DNA of 63,654 bases, the filler included, from Octopus bimaculoides (lineage: Eukaryota): NCBI RefSeq assembly GCF_001194135.2. It is 3 parts of 3 records of this genome, joined end to end, with 100 filler letters (N's around TTAATTAATTAA, not from the genome) between each part and the next. Parts side by side here need not be neighbours in the genome. Positions count along the whole stretch, not along the records: positions 28,523 to 55,834 come from NC_068988.1; positions 55,935 to 63,654 come from NC_068989.1; 1 more part is not named here. The stretch is one strand, 5' to 3'. Below are positions 50,575 to 63,109 of this stretch, in pieces. A model generated the notes under the pieces. That model saw only the letters and a list, made by a program, of their open reading frames with translations. It searched no databases and was not told where the DNA came from. Positions within the stretch are counted from its first letter, which is position 1. Each line of letters begins with the position of its first letter. The position numbers and the translations under genes were made by a program.

Positions 50575-51200
50575 GTTTTATTATTATTATTTTTATTGTT
50601 GTTGTTGTTGTTGCCTTTGCATAGCTTCTAACGCTAGAGATGTACTACGGTGTCAGCTGTTCACTACCAGTGAACAAAGATAACAGCTCTTATTTTTCGA
50701 GCACCTTCCGGAGTATTCGTGCGGTTCCAAGCAGTGCTGTTTTCTGCAAGTGCTCCACCCTTATTTCAGCCCCTATTTGTTCCACGTACTTCTCGAGATT
50801 TTTGCTCACTGTTCCCAGGGCTCCGACAATTATTGGTACTACTGCTACCTTTTTCATCGACCACAACTGCTTAACTTCCCAAGCTAACCTGTCATATCTA
50901 TTGACTTATCTTTCTTCCTTATCGCATATCTTGTTGTCAGCTGGGTATGCTATATCTATGATCCAGCATAGTTTGTTTTCTTTCTCAATTAAGACTATGT
51001 CTGGCTTCCTATTCTCAATCTCATGGTCGCACTGAATCATAAAATCTCACAGGATCTTTGCATTCCTATTTTCGACAATGCCTTCAGGTTTGTGGTCGTA
51101 CCAAATTTTTGCTCTGTTAAGTCCATACTTGTTGCAAAGTGTCCAATGGACAAGCCTGACTATATTGTCGTGGCGTCTCTTATATTCCTTCTGGGCTATA
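50575..51200 (-). mobile_element. R4/Dong-like LINE 3' fragment with RLE endonuclease
   Basis: YKRRHDNIVRLVHW, NRKPDIVLIEKENKLCWIIDIAYP, VPIIVGALGTVSK, LQKTALLGTARILRKVL; (AAT)n-type repeats on both sides. Confidence 0.9.
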
Positions 51201-51215
51201 TTATTACTATTACTA

Positions 51216-51289
<74 letters not shown>

Positions 51290-52189
51290 ACGGAGTCCCA
51301 AACATGGCGACAGGCCACTTCATGTAAGGGACTATGAAGAAGGAGAAATTAAGACGAAAGGAATGAATTTACTTTAGACTTGAAAAAATTCCAGTCATAA
51401 GAAGGGAACAGCAATGAAATGGAAGAGAGTTATAAAGTCTGGCAGTTCGAGGAAAAAAAGTTACGACCGTAGAAAGATTTTCTTATTCGTGAGAGCACAA
51501 CAATGTTTGGACGAAAACACTGAGTTTAGAATCAGGAGAGATGGTACAAAAGTGATTTGGAATAATGAGAGAAAGTTCACCAGCGCACTTCTTGTGGTAG
51601 TAAAGATAGAAAAGATGTGACAAGGGTTGAGAGTTAAAGCAAAGGAGGAACCAATCAAATTAAGAGACTTGCTTCTGAATCTGGTCCGAGTGACAAGATG
51701 GTGCAACTGACCAAATATAGCAATAGTATTCTATACAATAACGAATTGTGGACTAGTAAAAATACAAAATGGCCTCGACAACATGACGCCTATGCGACTC
51801 TTGTAATTGAAAAGTTAAATAACATATTTCCTATAAAGATAAAAATATGTAATAATGATCTTATAAATTCAATCTCTGATGAGAATAATAAAAATATGCG
51901 ATGTATTTTATAGCCTTTGAAGTAAATACCAGATTCTTTAACTTTCAGATTTTTAGAGTCTAACTGTACTACGTAATTAAAAGTTTCCTTGTGATTATGT
52001 GTAGCTCACTCTAGTGTTTCAAAGTATACGAACAATCGTAAAACTCACCGGTGCATCTTAAAAAATTCGCTTTGGGGCCAAGTAGATTCAGGTTCGGATC
52101 TTTTTGCACGGAACCTCATGCAAGAAGTTTCTTGCATAACTACCAATGTCCTGAAACTGGGATTTGTTTGAGAGAAGCACGCACGCGCC

Positions 52190-52241
<52 letters not shown>

Positions 52242-52429
52242 TGTGTGTGTGTGTGCGCGTGTGAGTGTGTAAACACTTGAATCTTTAGATTTCTCGATTC
52301 CAAGTTCCATGTCTTTCATATTTTGATGGAATTTGAAGAATGAAGCATGAAACCGCTAAAGAAGACGATAATAGTGCATTTGATTAAATGCAAATGTAAA
52401 GATGTGTAATATTATTTGTTTTGCATGTT

Positions 52430-52630
52430 TTAACTTTATTGCATACAAGATTTCCGATGTTGGATGGAGGTTTGTATCTGATATTGGATTATTATGAATT
52501 ATGAACGGATATGACATGTACAGTTTTAGAAAAGATATTTCAGTCTTCAATGAATTACATTTAAAAACTTCGATCCAGAATGACGCCGCAAAAGTTAATT
52601 TCCTAGATATAACATTGGATTTAGTTAATG
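52430..52630 (+). mobile_element. Naiad-type PLE RT fragment, highly decayed
   Basis: GGLY.., FRKDISVFNELHLKTSIQNDAAKVNFLDITLDL aligns with the 33700-33800 region of the Naiad copy. Confidence 0.6.
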
Positions 52631-52714
52631 TTAATAATTTTTTTCTTATCATACACCTATTGAAAATTATTATACATTGGTTTCAAATTTCAGCACAAGG
52701 CCAGCAATGTCGGG

Positions 52715-52895
52715 TAAGTGGGTAAGTCGATTACATCGACTCCAGTGGTCAGTTAGGACTTGTTTTATCGACCCGAAACGATGAAAAGCAAAGTCGAACT
52801 CGGCAGAATTTGAACTCAAAACATAACGACGAACGAAACGCTGCTATTCATTTTGCCAGGCGTGCTAACGGTTTTGCTAACTCGCCACCTTAAAG
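52715..52895 (-). mobile_element. tRNA-derived SINE, family B
   Basis: Minus strand GGTGGCGAGTTAGCAAAACCGTTAGCACGCCTGG..GAGTTCAAATTCTGCCGAGTTCGACTTTGC; second copy at 60898-60990. Confidence 0.85.
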
Positions 52896-52964
52896 TTATA
52901 TATTAATAACACTTCTAATTACATTACCTGCCAAGGTTTGGCCGAATTTTAGATTTTCAGATTC

Positions 52965-53148
52965 TTTTATTCTTTTATTCTTTTACTTGTTTCAGTCATT
53001 TGAGCACCGTCTTTAGTTGAAAAAATCGGCCCCAGGACTTATTCCTTGTCAGCCTAGGGCTTATTCTATCAGATACTTTTGTCAAACCGCTAAGTTACGG
53101 AGACGCAAGCACACCAACATCGGTTGTCAAGTGATTCTGGGGGAACAA

Positions 53149-53223
<75 letters not shown>

Positions 53224-53350
53224 TATATATACAGTAATATATAACAGGCTTCTTTCAGTTTCCGTCTACCAAATACACATGCTTGCCCAAGGTGCCACGA
53301 AGTGTGTCTGAACCTGGAATCATGTAGTTAGGAAGCAAGCTTTTTATCAC
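52965..53350 (-). mobile_element. SINE family A with expanded (CA)n core
   Basis: CTTTTACTTGTTTCAGTCATTTG..CCGCTAAGTTACGG..GGCTTCTTTCAGTTTCCGTCTACC. Confidence 0.85.
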
Positions 53351-54291
53351 ACAATCATATAAAAGCATTTAAATGTTGTTGATTGATTTTAAGATAGAAT
53401 ATAATTTATGACACGGCATTTCGCTTCCAAGCGTAAAATTGTGAATGAAATTTGTAGTCAGAAACTGTGTGAGGCTGATCAGAAGGATCGTTCCGGTTTT
53501 AGATTGCAGACTCAATTCAACGTTTGTTTTAACGTTGCTATCAAGATTTTGAGTTGTGTGTATTGTGTTGTAAGCTGATAGAGCTGGCCTCTATCTCAGA
53601 GACCCTGTAGTGGGTCAGAAATGCCTCCTTCCTTTTTTTTAAAGCCATAAAATAAGCAACAATGACAACAACTATCAAAGAACAAAAGTACAGTACGTTT
53701 CCAAACCCATGTTCATTAAACGTTTGTGTCTTTGCTGAAATCAAGGTGATATTAGAAAAATAGATTTAGGTATGATAGCATATGAATTGTATTGTGATGT
53801 TAGATTCATTATATTGATATATATCATTCCCTCGTTGCAGGTACTCAATTCTAGTTTTCTATTTTTCATTTACTTTCGAAGATCTCTACAAAAATGTTTA
53901 AAAAAATTTTTCAATGGACTTATATAGAAAGAAATAAAGCGTCTTCGTTCAAATCTAACAACAATAATTTGCAAATGTCTGCATTCCGAATTAAAAATGC
54001 AGCAAACACACACAGAACAACTTGCTAACAAATATGTACATTTGATATGGTTTTTGGAATACAGGAAATAATAACTAGAATTAGATTATGCATTATTACG
54101 ATTACAAATTGGGAAAAAAATATAGCAAAAATTAGATATGACTGCGCAATTTTAATTCAGTTGTTGCCAAGAGAAAACACCGGAAATATGAATATGTACA
54201 TACATACATACATACATACATACATACATACATACAAACATACATACATACATACATACATACACACACACACGCACACACACACACACAG

Positions 54292-54322
<31 letters not shown>

Positions 54323-55294
54323 CACACGCACGCATGCACGCATGCACACACACACATACACACACACGTATATTTATATATATACAAACATACACATTTA
54401 TATGTATATATACATATATAAATACACACACGCATATACGTATACATACACACACACACACACATATATATTGTCAATTTTAAAAAATAGAGAAAAAGAA
54501 AAGAACAAACAAACGTGAGGACGTAGCACGAACAATTTATTAATAAGACACTCAGAAAAGAAAGAGAGTAGTTGTTTTACGTTTCGAGCATAGTTTTTCT
54601 GGAGAAACAGGCAAAACAAGAAAGTCCAAAGGGAAATATTGTATGTATATAAAAATCGAAGATTTCAGTAAAATGTCATGCCTGTTCTTATCAGCAAGAC
54701 ATAGCATGTGGTCACCTATCTAAAATAAGCCGTAATCTATGTGGATAATGCAAATGACGTTTGAAATTACAGAACACAGCAATACATTGTAAATCCAACC
54801 TCACAGCCTAATAGAAACTCTTCATCTTGAGAGTATTAACATCTCCGTGAGCATCAGATTTAATCTATGCACCACAGGAATGGATTTATATTTACTAATA
54901 GCTAATAACTTGCATGCAAACATATTTGCAAACACGTGCATACGAGAGAAACGTACATGCAATAATATACATGTGTGCAAGTGATCAAACTACGTAATCA
55001 TATATTGAATTTGCATGCATACATAATTAGATAAACTTCGAAGTAGTTTTATATAATAATACATAAATAATAATAATACATAAATATACGTGTGCTTGTG
55101 TGTGTGTATGTGTGTGTGTATGTGTGTGTGTGTATGTGTGTGTGTGTATGATATATGTATGTACGAATATATGCATTTGAAAAAGCATATGGGGGGAAAA
55201 CACTCACGTGCAAGTATACATGAATGTGTGCGTCAATATCATGCGAAAAGCACATCCATATGTACGTGTCCTAATACGCCCACACGCTCACGCG

Positions 55295-55327
<33 letters not shown>

Positions 55328-56794
55328 TACACACACACATGTGTGTGTGTTCATATATGTATATATGGGTTTTTCATTGACATGAGTGAGTCTAAGACAT
55401 TAATTTTCAGTTTTTAATCTAGCATAGTGGTGTAATAATGTTAGAGGATTAGAGTAAACTTGCAGAGTAATGCATTATACCAAAACAATTATGATGAAAG
55501 TGACAGCATCAGCATCAACAACATCAATATCAATAACATCAATACCAGTAATATTAATAAAATAACAATAAGATAATCTTCCAAAATAATAACAGAAATA
55601 ACACTGCCAAAAACCATGGGTTAAAACAGCGATAAGAGAGAAATAGTCCCAATACTGGTTCAAAGTAGAAAATTCATGTTAAAATAAAATATTAAAATCT
55701 CAAAGAAATAAAATAGGACAAATAAAATAAGATAAAAATTTAAAAAATTATTCAAAAATTAAAAACATCTTAAACCCATGCAAGTATATATATATGTATA
55801 TATATATGTATATATATATGTATATATATATATANNNNNNNNNNNNNNNNNNNNNNNNNNNNNNNNNNNNNNNNNNNNTTAATTAATTAANNNNNNNNNN
55901 NNNNNNNNNNNNNNNNNNNNNNNNNNNNNNNNNNGACACATATACATATATATATACACACACAGATACATACCCACACGCACGCGCGCGCGCATACACA
56001 CACACACACACATACATATATAGAGAGAGAGGTTGGGGAAAAAAGTTCCAGAAAAATACTATAATATGACCTTTCTACAAAAATGACAGTATTAAATGAG
56101 CAACACAAAGACTTGATTTAGAACTAAAAGGATTATTACGTATTTAAGATAAGATTATACATAAATACAATTAAAGAGGATTCCCAATGTATTTCAAATG
56201 AAGTCTTTCAAATAATCTTTTGGCTGTTTGTTTTTCTATTAATCATTCGTTTATTTATATATTTTATTAATCGTATTAATGTGTGTGCGTGTGTGCGTGC
56301 GTGTGTGTGAGTTTGTCTTTGTGTGTATCTGTCTAAAGTGTTTTTTGTTTATTAAACATACATATATTGTTTCATATTTTTGCTCCTTCCGTGTAAAGAG
56401 AATTATGCACAAAGATTATTATGTTTTCTTTAAATGGATATTTAAATTGTAATAGGAACATAAATCATGAAAAATGTCGAATGAAAATACAATTAAACAA
56501 CATACCATATGCTGCAAACTAGATTTGACTACGAGCCAACAGAGAAGCCTCTAAATGACCGATCGGTCTACTAGACATACCACCCAACTTACTCTGAAAT
56601 CTTTCCCTAATGCCTTATAAACGATGAAGAGAAATTCGATACATTAGCCAATGCAGTCCTCGATACTCCTAAAACATGAGATGGTCCTACTTGAAGTGCA
56701 TTTCATCAGAGATCTGCTCAACTAAGAATGTTCTGTAGCTAAAACGGCAACAGTAATTAAAGAGCTAGAACGGTTGACACTTCTCACTTTTGAC

Positions 56795-56935
56795 TAGGCA
56801 TGGTATGGTTAGGGTATTCGGTTCATGCCCGAATGGTCGTGAGTTCGATTACCGGCGGTGCGTTGTGTCTTTGGGCAAGACACTTTATTTCACCTTGCTC
56901 CAGTCCACTCAGCAGACAAAAATGAGAAGTACCTG
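56795..56935 (+). mobile_element. tRNA-derived SINE, family C
   Basis: GGCATGGTATGGTTAGGGTATTCGG..GAGTTCGATTACCGG..TTGGGCAAGACACTTTATTTCACCTTGCTCCAGTCCACTCAGC. Confidence 0.75.
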
Positions 56936-56939
56936 ACTT

Positions 56940-57310
56940 GTCGTTGCTCTAATGTTTCCTGTTCTCTGGAGCAGGCTTTTCTGACTGCATTACTTTGAAG
57001 TTGTTCAGTTAACTCCTGTTTTCTTAAACAGGCTTTTCTATCGGTTTGAGACTCCAATCTCCGTCGTTTCTGCTCTGCTCTGCTGTCTTATCAAGCGGAC
57101 TTGTCTATCGACTTCGGATTCCCATCCCCATCGTTTCTGCTCAGGAATCTTTCGTTCCCACAAGCGGATTTCCCAAGTTGTTTCAAACTGAAGTTTTACT
57201 TTTCGTTGCTCTTGTTTGTCAGCGACATTTCATTGTTTCTGAGATTGGAGCCCGTCCTGCCTTTCTTGTCGGGTTTCCCTATCCCTTCGACTTCTGATGA
57301 TTGAAAGGTA
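56940..57310 (-). mobile_element. Possible Helitron N-terminal charged-repeat region
   Basis: Frameshifted repeats RDRETRQERQDGLQSQ.., PEQKRWGWESEVDRQVRL.., REQETLEQRQV resemble ET.EQR..RL repeats of animal Helitron proteins. Confidence 0.45.
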
Positions 57311-58429
57311 TTATGTTATCTTCTACGCATCATATTGAATGTTCTAAAGTAGAAAATCTAAAAATCAAATATCCTTTNNNNNNNNNNNNNNNNNNNNNNN
57401 NNNNNNNNNNNNNNNNNNNNNNNNNNNNNNNNNNNNNNNNNNNNNNNNNNNNNNNNNNNNNNNNNNNNNNNNNNNNNNNNNNNNNNNNNNNNNNNNNNNN
57501 NNNNNNNNNNNNNNNNNNNNNNNNNNNNNNNNNNNNNNNNNNNNNNNNNNNNNNNNNNNNNNNNNNNNNNNNNNNNNNNNNNNNNNNNNNNNNNNNNNNN
57601 NNNNNNNNNNNNNNNNNNNNNNNNNNNNNNNNNNNNNNNNNNNNNNNNNNNNNNNNNNNNNNNNNNNNNNNNNNNNNNNNNNNNNNNNNNNNNNNNNNNN
57701 NNNNNNNNNNNNNNNNNNNNNNNNNNNNNNNNNNNNNNNNNNNNNNNNNNNNNNNNNNNNNNNNNNNNNNNNNNNNNNNNNNNNNNNNNNNNNNNNNNNN
57801 NNNNNNNNNNNNNNNNNNNNNNNNNNNNNNNNNNNNNNNNNNNNNNNNNNNNNNNNNNNNNNNNNNNNNNNNNNNNNNNNNNNNNNNNNNNNNNNNNNNN
57901 NNNNNNNNNNNNNNNNNNNNNNNNNNNNNNNNNNNNNNNNNNNNNNNNNNNNNNNNNNNNNNNNTATACGTAGACTATTTCAATAATTCTGCATCAAACT
58001 ACATCAAACTGTAAACTGTACTTATAAAGACATCTCAGTGTGAAGTAATGAGTGAAGAGAAAACATTACTTTCGCATGAATAGGAAATTCCAAAGTAGAA
58101 TGAGTTTTTATTTTAAATATATAAATAGACCAAAATTTAATTGTTTAGACTGACAGGAAAGTTGAAACGATTTTAAGGTATAAAGGTTTTATATCAAGCA
58201 AGAAAAATATTATGAATTTTAAAGAAAACTGGAATTATCATTCTCAGCTTGAAACCAGCAGGTAAGGCAAATGAAAGAAAATGAAAAGGTGTGTGTAATA
58301 CTGACAATTTCTTTCTACTAACACATTAATATGGCTATTTCCTAAGTATAGCGTGTGGATAGAGTCTGTGTGCTAGTAATATTGAAAGGATGCGGGGGTC
58401 TTTCTAATTGAATATTATTAGATTTTTAT

Positions 58430-58583
58430 TTAGTAGAGCTCATCTTTATTCATGTTTACAATGAAATTGATGGAGAACTGTGGGTACTCTATGTCAAATA
58501 ATCGTATCTTCTCATCTATAGCACCTCCAGTTAATTGAACAGCCACCAATTCACGTACGTCTTGTTCCGAACTGGCACTGTGC
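58430..58583 (-). other. Candidate terminal coding exon of an unidentified gene
   Basis: Pyrimidine-rich acceptor ..TTTTTACTATCAG|G, open frame HSASSEQDVRELVAVQLTGGAIDEKIRLFDIEYPQFSINFIVNMNKDELY*, AATAAA overlapping the stop; no family recognised. Confidence 0.25.
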
Positions 58584-59339
58584 CTGATAGTAAAAATGAT
58601 TTTAGAAATTGTCATGTCAGAGAACACACAGAGTGGAAATATTCCACCGGCTTAAAGTAGATATGTCATTGATTTTCCTTTTTTTTTTTTTCTTTTTACG
58701 TGATTAATCTTTGCTACAACATTTCTCATACACCATTTCTCTTCCAACAATCAACTATACATCACTTCTACGGCTTACGTCGCTGTCCCTAAACACTATC
58801 ATCATATCTCTACAGAGCATATTGATGAATTTAAATTGATCGTATCCCCAAGGAAAACAGATCTAAACCCGAACCATCTGCGATATATCATACATAAACT
58901 GAACATAATCATAAACAATTCTATCCATTCTATCCAAAAATCGAACGAAATAAAGCAAGTACGTCAGTATTTCCAAAAGTGTACGCCAAATTCTACGCTA
59001 ACAGCTTGATCGAAATATATACAGTACACATAAATGTTAACCTCCTAATGCTATGATGTTCACCAGAAGGGAGAACACGAGCCAGCGATGGCGTCTCGAG
59101 GTGGTCAATTTGACCTACAACAACTAACAGCAAAATCTCCCAGTTCAAATAAGGGCACAGATTGACCAAAACATATCAGTATGCTTGTAATTCGGCATCT
59201 GGAAAGGTAAGTTTGTTTTGGTCGGCGTTTTTCACTTGCACGAGCAGATAGTCTGATTCGAATCAGATCCCCAATCAGAGAGAAACTGAAACAATTTACG
59301 ATAAAGGAACCAATCTAAGTCAGAAAACGCTGAGAAGCT

Positions 59340-60050
59340 GAAAAACGGAGAACTCATTTGGAAGTAGCAAATCCAGTCATTTATTTCCTGGGTGGCGGAA
59401 ATAACTCACAATACTACGACATCTATTGTTTTCTCTCCCTGTGAGAAGGAAAGGTTTTGTTCAGATGTATCTACAACAAAAAACTTACACTGGCGGGAAG
59501 GGTCTCTTGATATAGACGCTGATGCACAAGAATGCACTGAGGCCGTGACCTCTACAAAGTTTTCTGAACAGTGGACAAGTTTAGTCCTCGTTTGTTTGAC
59601 CTCCTTTTTCACAGCTTGTCTCGTTGACTTGCTGAAATTCTGTGGGTCAAGTATAAGCCAAGAATAGACGCTTTGCATCTGAAATATTGTTGAAGTTTAA
59701 GAACTGTCTCCCAGCTGATCCAGTGTTACATTATATAAAGGGCTAATGGAAGGTATGAGTGGTGATGTACTGAAGGATTGTCTGTGTGTCTACGGGAATA
59801 GGCCGAATGGCGGTTTTATGAAGAGCTTTAAGACGGGTATTATTTGCGATTTCGAGATTTTTTTGAATTTTCCGTGCTACATAGGAGTTTTTCTCTAAAG
59901 ACATGGTAAGACCTCAACTGGACGTGTTCAATTGTCGAGGAAAACATCGGAACCGTCTTCCAACCACGAGTTCATTGTCAACAATCGCTAACATGTGCGA
60001 TTTGTCAAACGGCTGTTTCCATATGTACTACAGATCCAGTTGTTTTCCGA
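59340..60050 (-). mobile_element. Possible old RTE LINE RT C-terminal remnant
   Basis: IANNTRLKALHKTAIRPI (cf. ISLNTKLRLYKTAIRPI), SILGLYLTHRIS (cf. RILGISW.DRI). Confidence 0.4.
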
Positions 60051-60302
60051 GTCGATAATTAAGTATTACTTATCGTTTTAGCAAAGGGGAGAGGGGTAGA
60101 TTATTTTCTGCTTCTATCTATATGCTATACTACAATAATAGAGAATGTGAATAAAATGGCTACTAAGACTATAATAAGCATCTAAACCCTCATTAAATTC
60201 TACAGGCACCATTTACTTCGGTAGAGGAGGCACATACAGAAGTCCTGCNNNNNNNNNNGTCCTGCCCCAACCCAATGTATAACCTACAGTGAAATGCATG
60301 TG

Positions 60303-60342
<40 letters not shown>

Positions 60343-60785
60343 TTTGTGCGTGTGTATCTTCACGTCTATGTGTCTGTGCGTGTGCGTATATGTGTATGTG
60401 TATGTGTGCAAGTGTATGTGCGTGTAAATAGGGAGCAGCATTTCTTTCAGACGTGCTCTACTCAAGACATGACACTATTCAAGTTATATTAAGGATTCTT
60501 CATATTTCACTGTTCTATGTTTATTTTGAAACAAAGGCGTCAGAAAGTCCATTGAAATGTTAATGGCCTTTGGAAAGCTACGAATCTCAATTAACTACAA
60601 AAGCCTAATAAAGAAACACGGAAAATAATTGACAAAAATCAGTAGTATGTGTGTGTGTGTAAAAAATACGGTGAATCCGGAATCGATACCATTGAGCAGT
60701 ACCTTGAACAAGCACCTGCTGCTGTGTCTTCGGATTGATTGATTGCTTGGTGCGTGAAATGTGGAAACAAAACAATCGTTAATAA

Positions 60786-60855
<70 letters not shown>

Positions 60856-60897
60856 GGTGTATATATATTACTATTATTATTATTACTATAATATGAA

Positions 60898-60990
60898 AGC
60901 GACGAGCTGGCAGACTCGTTAACACACTGGGCGAAATGCTTAGCGGCATTTCATCGTCTTTATGTTCTGAGTTCAAATTCCGCGTTGGTT
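60898..60990 (+). mobile_element. SINE family B head
   Basis: GCGACGAGCTGGCAGACTCGTTAACACACTGGGCGAAATGCTTAGCGGCATTTC..GAGTTCAAATTCCGC. Confidence 0.85.
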
Positions 60991-61199
60991 TTCTCTATGT
61001 ACACAACCGGAATATCCTATTTGATATTTATCAACCATAGTCGGTGGCCACAGCAATATCCAACCCTACCTGGTGCACATCTTTTCAAGTATTCGATTCT
61101 ATCTGAATCATTATTATTATTATTATTATTATTATGATACATATATATATATATAGAGAGAGAGAGAGCGAGTAACAAAGATGTACAAGTGTCAATATG

Positions 61200-61326
61200 T
61201 TACAGCCGTTTCATCCTGGACATCCTTGTTACTTATTTATATTCTGGTCAGGTAACTTGGAGCTGTACAGACTATACCGAACTGGCAAGGTGCCTCAATT
61301 TAAGTACCTAATTCAACCGAATCTTA
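61200..61326 (+). mobile_element. Diverged relative of the pLTR-like tail at 3187-3260
   Basis: GAGCTGTAC..GGTGCCTCAATTTAAGTACCTAATTCAACCGAATCTTA, followed by TA repeats. Confidence 0.65.
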
Positions 61327-61419
61327 GTTATATATATACCCATGAGCAAACAATGCGCTACCGTATTTTTATAAGCAAGAACTCGTGCTCTTGTTAGATT
61401 CATTGGTCTACTGAGGTAA

Positions 61420-61468
61420 TTTTGGCTGAGGAGACACAATGAATTCGAAACACCGAAGTGTCTCAAAA
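61420..61468 (+). ncRNA. Type I hammerhead motif with weak stem II
   Basis: TTTTGG-CTGAGGA-GACACAATGAATTC-GAAA-CAC CGAA GTG-TC-TCAAAA; 6-bp stem I, 3-bp stem III plus A-U, GUC triplet; stem II only 2 bp. Confidence 0.55.
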
Positions 61469-61799
61469 GTCCCCTTACACTGAGGAATCGAATATGTTAT
61501 GAACACACATCATCTAAAGGGAGATGTTCTCTAACGATTCTCTGATGACGAAAAACAGTAGCTATCAGATATCATGTTCGAATCTGCCAGAACGTATTAT
61601 GAATGAACAGATGCATTATTGTTTTCTAAGGTGTGTATACACTTTTTATTGTCTAAACCTAGTCTACATGACGTCATAACTTCCAACATAAGAAAATTCC
61701 AACTCTGATATAGTTCTTTTATACTTTATTTTGGCTAAAACCGGACCGCCAAAAGCAATGGATTTTTTCTTCATAGTTCCCTGATTTTCTGAAGCAATC

Positions 61800-61990
61800 A
61801 AAACCTGTCGACATCAGCTTCGTGTTCTGAATTCCTCAGTCAATGATGAAATAGTTTCTATAATTACTACTGCTTCATTCAGTCTTCTTGTGCATTGACT
61901 ACTCAGGGCATTAATATTCCTTTCTTGTACGAAATTTTGTTGTCCTACGTTTTCAAGTTAGTTTTTAAAAGCGTTTTTCAACATTTATTG
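61800..61990 (-). mobile_element. Possible hAT C-terminal dimerisation-domain remnant
   Basis: FVQERNINALSS loosely matches MSQERLNALS. Confidence 0.3.
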
Positions 61991-62891
61991 TTGTTTCACC
62001 ATTTTCCTTGGAGTTAAATAGCGAGCATTAAAAATAAAAATATTGTTGGTCGCTTTTTTTATATATATACTACAGTAAAGAATAATGGTTTATTTCTAAT
62101 TATCTGTTGAATGTTGAACAGATTTCCACGATCGCTTATAATTGTAATGACTTTGATATGTTGTAAATAACAAAATGTAATAAAATGTTGAAAATAAATT
62201 GTTAAAATAAGTAGGTGTTAACTTTCCCTGGAGGCAGAAATGATTTTGTTGGGTGTTTTAACCTTTTAACCTTTTTTATTTATTTGTATGTGTTTACTCT
62301 GTCTATCTCATTATTTGATAAGTATTATTCCGATTATCTAACATGATGTTAGTAGCTTTTATTAATTTCCTTCTGTTTAGGTTCTCAGTGTCCATGGTTT
62401 TATTGCTTATATTTTTCTTGTATGTATTTTTTATAGTTAAGTTTTTATCTATTGTTGGCCTTTTCCTTTTATGCGTTTTATTTCTATTTTTATGTATTCT
62501 TCATTTTATATCTTCTAAAATTAACTACTCCGTTACTATCTGAGGACAAAAAACAGTTTGTTCCTTTGATTTTCTGATGCTTTGTAGCCTTTTGTATTAG
62601 CTTCCTTTTTACTCTTCACACGATACTTTTGTTTGTAGTCTTAGAATAATATTCTATAATAATCTTCTCACTACATCTTTTCAGTCGTGGTAAATATAAT
62701 AATTTTGTATCAGCTTTACGAAATTATTATATTTAGTGGTGTATTTTGAATACAGTTATTATATTCCGTGTTCATTTTTCCCATCTAACTTTGCTAATTC
62801 ACAGTTTCGAACTGAGAATAAATAGCCTAGCCATAAAATATTATTGGACCATCTAGAGTACTGACACCTATTACCTTATTTTAACATTTAA

Positions 62892-63109
62892 CTCTTTAGC
62901 ATTTTGATTACTCTGTCATAGGTAATGCTTATTTATTCGCATTGTTTTGAATTAATCATACACTATCCTGTAGCTTTGCGATTTTCATAATGTAACTGTT
63001 GATCTTTAAAATGATGTAGGATTTGGTGTTAGAAGCTAGATGTGGCCACTTCGTCCATAAAACAAGAAGAATATTTTGGCCGGATATGACCGGTTTTAAT
63101 GCTAAAGGT
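62892..63109. mobile_element. piggyBac-like MITE
   Basis: TTAA-CTCTTTAGCATT ... AATGCTAAAGGT-CTAA: 12-bp TIR and degenerate TTAA target. Confidence 0.7.

Noticed and set aside
59406-59678. 90-aa minus-strand ORF with flanking AG and GTAAGT as a host exon
   Set aside because: No family recognised, and other frames in the same interval resemble RTE RT C-terminal motifs, so a decayed LINE is more economical
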